Assembly (NCBI GenBank): GCA_048886185.1
Contig: JBHLKY010000022.1
Coordinates: 21,864-53,863, forward strand
DNA length: 32,000 nucleotides
Direction: 5' to 3'
Origin: Candidatus Hermodarchaeota archaeon
Lineage (GTDB): Archaea; Asgardarchaeota; Heimdallarchaeia; Hodarchaeales; Hodarchaeaceae
Shown here: positions 27,526 through 32,000 of the stretch, piece by piece
Layout of the letters: each line of letters opens with the position of its first letter
Numbering within the stretch: position 1 is the first letter of the stretch
Made by a program: the position numbers and the translations under genes
The notes under the pieces: model-generated
The model's input: the letters and a program-made list of their open reading frames with translations, nothing else
What the model was told of the DNA's origin: nothing
The model's database searches: none

Positions 27526-30500
27526 GTGGTTACAACAGTAATTCCACTCAAAAAACAGTATCAGGTTACCACTATATTGCTGATTCTCTCTCTGATTGCT
27601 AGTGTAATTCCCACTAATCTGTTATTTCCACTTTCAAATGGTCAAATTTCTTCAGAAAAGGGTGATAATTCTAATTCAATCTCAACTACATTCTCACAAA
27701 TACCTAGGTTAATGACTATCTGTAATGATAGTTTTATAGGTTCGGCCTTTAGAAAAGAGAATAGTTCAGAATTATCTAAAAAAAATCAAGAGAACAACTC
27801 TCTAACAAAATTTGTTATTGGAAGTCAATCAGGAGTTGGAAGTGGAAGCTATGAAGCTAAGGACTCCGCTATTCTGTCTAGTAACACAAACCTCGATGTA
27901 GAAGATGGCCATTGGCGTTCACAACCAGAAGAACACCAAAATAGCATTACAATTACTATCCCATCAGGTTTCACAAACAAATCGGGGTATTTTAACATTA
28001 ATGAGGTTACAGCATTACCTGATTGGCGATTAGTTGAAAATGAAACTACAGGAATGACCCAAAGACAATCAGATTCGTTTTATGAGGGTGCCCAAGAATT
28101 CATAGTTGAAGAAACAGACCTTAATCTCACCAAAATTAATTTATTTATCGATATGATTGATACTAACGATATGGATGACCAGAAACCTAATGGAGAATTT
28201 TTGGTTGTTAGCGATAACTCAGGGGAGCCAAATTCAACAGATGTTATAGGAAAAATAACCCTAGAGACCCATCCCACTTTAGCAGGTCTCTCAGATGGAG
28301 GTAGCTGGAGCGCACCAACGAACGGGTGGTTACAATACACATTTTCTCCTGCGATACATCTGTCAAAAGGAACCTTCTGGTTTATTCTCAATGGCACTGG
28401 AGAAGGAGGTGCTGGCTATTGGCGTTGGTATACAGTCTCAGATGGTAGTGGAAATCCTGATAAGGGAGAGTGGGACTTTAAACTCGGATCACACTCAGGA
28501 TCTTGGTCCGAATGGCCTAATGTTGACATGGTGATCATGCCTCAAGTATTACCTGTGGAATTTATTAGTTCATCATATGTCAATAAAAAGTACTCTTCCC
28601 CACAGTCTCTAGAGTTTATCTACCGAACTTCCATTGATGATACGAATTTAGCTTCATTTTCTTGGTTCCAATGGAATGGAACATCTGATAATATTCATTA
28701 TTTTTTAACAAATACATCTATAAATCTCACACTCAGTTGGAGGATTAATATTACAGATTTAAATAATCCCCTATCTGTACTTTCATCTTATTTGACAAAT
28801 AATGCTAGTATTACAATCTGGAACTTGACTTTTTCGACTTCAAGTATATCAACTAGCTATAAAATCCGCAATCGGACCATTATCGTTGATGGCCTTGAAA
28901 ATGATTGGAATAGTAGTTCTATTTATCTTGATAATATATTAGAATATAATACATCTATATCAAGTGGATTAAATGCCTCTGTAACATATTCCAATCAGTC
29001 TAGCTCGATGGTTATTAATGCTTCATCGCTAGCAGCAGCTAAAAACTGGAAGGTTTCATTTGACTCTCCTAATTACCTCTTGGACTTCATAATTTCCAAG
29101 GAAGCTATTCCACTTTCATTACCATATAAAATTTTCAATATGAATGAATATAACTTAACTTTTGTAGTAGGGGATCCTGGTAATCTTACTTATTGGATTG
29201 ACTACCCTAATGGTTCCCAAGTTCTCCAGAAGAATAATATTAATAACGCTCAAACAACGATTACGGATCTCTGGAATGTCAACAGCACCCTAGATCAAAC
29301 GACATATGTGAATGGAACATACAATCTTCAAGCCTTCTGGAATAACAGTGATAAGACAAAAGTAGGAACTTATACTCGTGTGGTAGATGTCTTCATCAAT
29401 ACATCCTTTTCTGTTCAAGCTGATTCACAGGTTGTGGTTGGTCATTTATTTAATGTTTCTGCATACTATACTTGCGTTCATAACAGTAGTGATATCCAAG
29501 ATGCGTTAATTTTCTGTGAGAGTAACTGGACTGAAAATGTCTATATGAATCAGATAGCTAGTTCCTATTATAACGCTTCATTTAATACAGATGGGCGAAA
29601 CGCTGGAGAAACAGGTACTATTATAATAACAACATTATTACCTTGGTTTGTTAACTGGACACAAGAGATTTATGTCAAATTTGTAAGAGCAACTAGCATT
29701 GAGGCTCGAGATGCTATCAATAATACATTATTGGCTAATGAGACGAGTACATACTATCGACGTTATTCAGCAGCTTTTTATGATAACTTTTCTATTTACA
29801 TTAGCTACTATGACGAATTAACAAGTTCATCTTTGAATATGACAACAAATCCAACAATTGAAAGTGATGGTTCAATTTTTGTTTACAAGAAAAAAGATCC
29901 AGTCAGCTATAACTGGACATTTGAATTCAATGGATCCATGGTTGGGAGCTTCCTCATCAATATCACCTTTAGCTTGGATAATTACACCTCTTCAACTTTT
30001 CAGATCCGATATGTGATTAGTCGGGCTGATACGGCAATTATCAGTGAAATAAAGGAAACGAATATTTTTTGGAGTAACTCTTATGATTTTGCGCTTATTG
30101 TCAACAATACAAACTATAACGAGAATATCACTTTGTATACGAGTGACAAAATTGATATTAATGATACTGGCAAAATACAGTTCCTCAATCAGCAGGGAGA
30201 CAAATATTGGTTCCGCTTTGCACCTACACTACTTTCAATAGACATCTACAGTATAAAAATTAAATTTTTCCATGATTATCTTTATAACTCTTCCATTACA
30301 GTTAGTTTTACTGTAATAGCCCGCCCAACAAATATTGAGTCCCGAGATGCTCTTAACAACAGTTTGCTGATAAATACGACAAGTACTTATTCTCACCACT
30401 TCTCAGCTAGTCATTCAGACAACTTTTCTATAGTTATTAGTTATTATGATCAAGGGACTTCAGCGATATTGAACATGACTGCTGATCCAATAGTTGAAAG

Positions 30501-32000
30501 TGATGGTTCAATTCTTATTTATAAAAGAAAGGATCCAGTCAGCTATAACTGGACATTTGAATTCAATGGATCCATGGTTGGGAGCTTCCTCATCAATATC
30601 ACCTTTAGCTTAGATAATTACACCTCTTCAACTTTTCAAATCCGATATGTGATTAGTCGGGCTGATACGGCAATTATCAGTGACATAAAAGAAACGAGTA
30701 TTTTCTGGAATAACTCTTATGATTTTGCGCTTATTGCCAACAACACCAACTATAACGAGAATATCACTCTGTATACGAGTGAAAATATTGATATTAATGA
30801 TACTGGGAAAATAGAGTTCCTCAATCAGCAGGGAGACAAATATTGGTTCCGCTTCGCTCCTACAGTTATTCCAATTGGTACTTATAGCTTTAATATTACA
30901 TTTTCCCATAGCTATTTACAAACGAGCTTCATAATCATCTCTTTTGCTGTGATCAATCGTCCCACAGATATTCAAGCACGTGATGCACTCAATCACACTT
31001 TACTCACAAACGTAACTAGTACTTACTACCTTCAATACTCTACAGGTCACTCTGATACCGTTTCCATCATCATTGCTTATTATGATGAAGATACAGGGTT
31101 AATCCTAAATACAACAAGTGAACCACTTATCGATATTCATGCCTCAGTGCTTGTTTATAAAACTAAAGATCCTGTTAGCTATAACTGGACATTTATTTTC
31201 AACGGTACCATGATTGGTAGTTTTCTCATCAATATAACTTTTACTCTTGATAACTACACGACAGCAACTTTTCAAATTCAATATATTCTCTCTCAAGCGG
31301 ACACAACAGTCATCAGCAACATAGTTCAAACCACCTTTTATTGGAACGATTCCTACGATTTCGCGTTGGTTGTAAACAACGCAGCTTACAATGAAAATAT
31401 CACCCTTTATACTAGTCCAGATATCACAATCGACAATCTAGCAATAGTCATATTTCTCAATCGAACTACAGAACACTATTGGTTCCGCTTCGCTCCTTCT
31501 GCCGTTCCGCTTGGGATTCATAACATTAATATCACATTTTCTCACGTAAATTTCCAAACCTGCTACATTTTATTCTCTTTTACGGTTGTTAGTCGTCCTA
31601 CAAGCATTGAAGCGCGTGATGCACTTAATAGTACTTTACTCATCAACGAAACAAGTACTTACTACCGTCAGTACTCTGTAGGTCACTCAGATATCTTCTC
31701 CATTATCCTTAGCTATTATGATGAAGAAACAGAGGCAATCCTTAACACTATCAGTGATCCCCTTGTTGAAAGCGATGGATCGATACTTGTTTACTCAACA
31801 AAAGATCCAGTCAGCTATAATTGGACTTTCATATTCAATGGTACCGCTGTCGGTAATTTTCTTATCAATATCACGTTCAACTTAGACAATTATTCCGTTG
31901 CCGCATTTCAGGTGGGATATATTCTCTCTAAAGCGGTAACAGCAGTCATCAGTGAGATAACTCAAACCACCTTTTATTGGAACGATTCCTACGATTTCGC
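27526..32000 (+). CDS. Very large secreted, repeat-containing, N-glycosylation-rich cell-surface protein (3'-truncated by the window; absent from the ORF track)
   Basis: Frame +1 translated by hand from GTG 27526 (after TAG 27523-27525) to the window end with no stop, at least 1491 codons. The N-terminus KKQYQVTTILLILSLIASVIP looks like a signal peptide. The protein is beta-rich and S/T/N-rich, with 212-aa repeats from 29686. The exact start codon is uncertain. Confidence 0.9.
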   Translation, partial: MVTTVIPLKKQYQVTTILLILSLIASVIPTNLLFPLSNGQISSEKGDNSNSISTTFSQIPRLMTICNDSFIGSAFRKENSSELSKKNQENNSLTKFVIGSQSGVGSGSYEAKDSAILSSNTNLDVEDGHWRSQPEEHQNSITITIPSGFTNKSGYFNINEVTALPDWRLVENETTGMTQRQSDSFYEGAQEFIVEETDLNLTKINLFIDMIDTNDMDDQKPNGEFLVVSDNSGEPNSTDVIGKITLETHPTLAGLSDGGSWSAPTNGWLQYTFSPAIHLSKGTFWFILNGTGEGGAGYWRWYTVSDGSGNPDKGEWDFKLGSHSGSWSEWPNVDMVIMPQVLPVEFISSSYVNKKYSSPQSLEFIYRTSIDDTNLASFSWFQWNGTSDNIHYFLTNTSINLTLSWRINITDLNNPLSVLSSYLTNNASITIWNLTFSTSSISTSYKIRNRTIIVDGLENDWNSSSIYLDNILEYNTSISSGLNASVTYSNQSSSMVINASSLAAAKNWKVSFDSPNYLLDFIISKEAIPLSLPYKIFNMNEYNLTFVVGDPGNLTYWIDYPNGSQVLQKNNINNAQTTITDLWNVNSTLDQTTYVNGTYNLQAFWNNSDKTKVGTYTRVVDVFINTSFSVQADSQVVVGHLFNVSAYYTCVHNSSDIQDALIFCESNWTENVYMNQIASSYYNASFNTDGRNAGETGTIIITTLLPWFVNWTQEIYVKFVRATSIEARDAINNTLLANETSTYYRRYSAAFYDNFSIYISYYDELTSSSLNMTTNPTIESDGSIFVYKKKDPVSYNWTFEFNGSMVGSFLINITFSLDNYTSSTFQIRYVISRADTAIISEIKETNIFWSNSYDFALIVNNTNYNENITLYTSDKIDINDTGKIQFLNQQGDKYWFRFAPTLLSIDIYSIKIKFFHDYLYNSSITVSFTVIARPTNIESRDALNNSLLINTTSTYSHHFSASHSDNFSIVISYYDQGTSAILNMTADPIVESDGSILIYKRKDPVSYNWTFEFNGSMVGSFLINITFSLDNYTSSTFQIRYVISRADTAIISDIKETSIFWNNSYDFALIANNTNYNENITLYTSENIDINDTGKIEFLNQQGDKYWFRFAPTVIPIGTYSFNITFSHSYLQTSFIIISFAVINRPTDIQARDALNHTLLTNVTSTYYLQYSTGHSDTVSIIIAYYDEDTGLILNTTSEPLIDIHASVLVYKTKDPVSYNWTFIFNGTMIGSFLINITFTLDNYTTATFQIQYILSQADTTVISNIVQTTFYWNDSYDFALVVNNAAYNENITLYTSPDITIDNLAIVIFLNRTTEHYWFRFAPSAVPLGIHNINITFSHVNFQTCYILFSFTVVSRPTSIEARDALNSTLLINETSTYYRQYSVGHSDIFSIILSYYDEETEAILNTISDPLVESDGSILVYSTKDPVSYNWTFIFNGTAVGNFLINITFNLDNYSVAAFQVGYILSKAVTAVISEITQTTFYWNDSYDF
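29686..32000 (+). repeat. Intragenic tandem repeat, 636 bp/212 aa period, at least 3.6 copies
   Basis: Units begin at 29686 (RATSIEARDAINN), 30322 (RPTNIESRDALNN), 30958 (RPTDIQARDALNH) and 31594 (RPTSIEARDALNS), exactly 636 bp apart with no indels. KDPVSYNWTF is present in all four. Confidence 0.95.

Noticed and set aside
27518-27541. ATG 27518 as start of the giant surface protein
   Set aside because: That frame stops after 7 codons (TAA 27539-27541). The long frame opens at GTG 27526.
517-31329. Short track ORFs antisense or out of frame to real genes (e.g. 517-750, 2398-2757, 2907-3374, 3947-4402, 6362-6760, 7166-7504, 8219-8497, 18312-18575, 22561-22833, 24626-24940, 28080-28534, 30628-30909, 31144-31329)
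   Set aside because: They lie entirely within well-supported CDSs, have no motifs, and are typical shadow ORFs.
29686-32000. Regularly spaced DNA repeats as a possible CRISPR array or mobile element
   Set aside because: The period is 636 bp, in frame within one ORF, with synonymous divergence and no unique spacers or terminal inverted repeats.
1-32000. tRNA/rRNA/ncRNA genes, recoded stops (Sec/Pyl) and programmed frameshifts
   Set aside because: Intergenic gaps are short and AT-rich with no cloverleaf or GC-rich stems, and all recognised genes end at the expected family C-termini.

Overview
AT-rich, gene-dense chromosomal window. It is probably archaeal and Asgard/Heimdallarchaeia-like. This is an inference from GGTGA/GGAGG ribosome-binding sites, a class II-type GAPDH, a C-terminally anchored secreted enzyme and a sequon-rich giant surface protein. 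Most of the window is a carbohydrate-catabolism region: two GH5 enzymes (one membrane-anchored and Thermotoga Cel5A-like), GH20, a GH161-type beta-1,3-glucan phosphorylase next to a Cof-type HAD phosphatase, GH3, a GHL10-like TIM barrel, a GBA2-like GH116, a PfkB kinase, a divergent class II GAPDH, an AKR, an SDR and an MBL hydrolase. There are two transporter modules: an ABC-2 trio, and an unusual 1204-aa fusion of a duplicated FtsX/MacB-type permease to a DppD/OppD-type ATPase with a 4-Cys tail. The last 4.5 kb hold an ORF of at least 1491 codons that the supplied track lacks because it runs off the window. It encodes a secreted protein with exact-period 636-bp (212-aa) mosaic tandem repeats that are dense in N-glycosylation sequons. 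A 25-codon SDR remnant lies upstream of the intact SDR. I found no RNA genes, CRISPR array or mobile elements. Family assignments rest on motif recall, not database searches.
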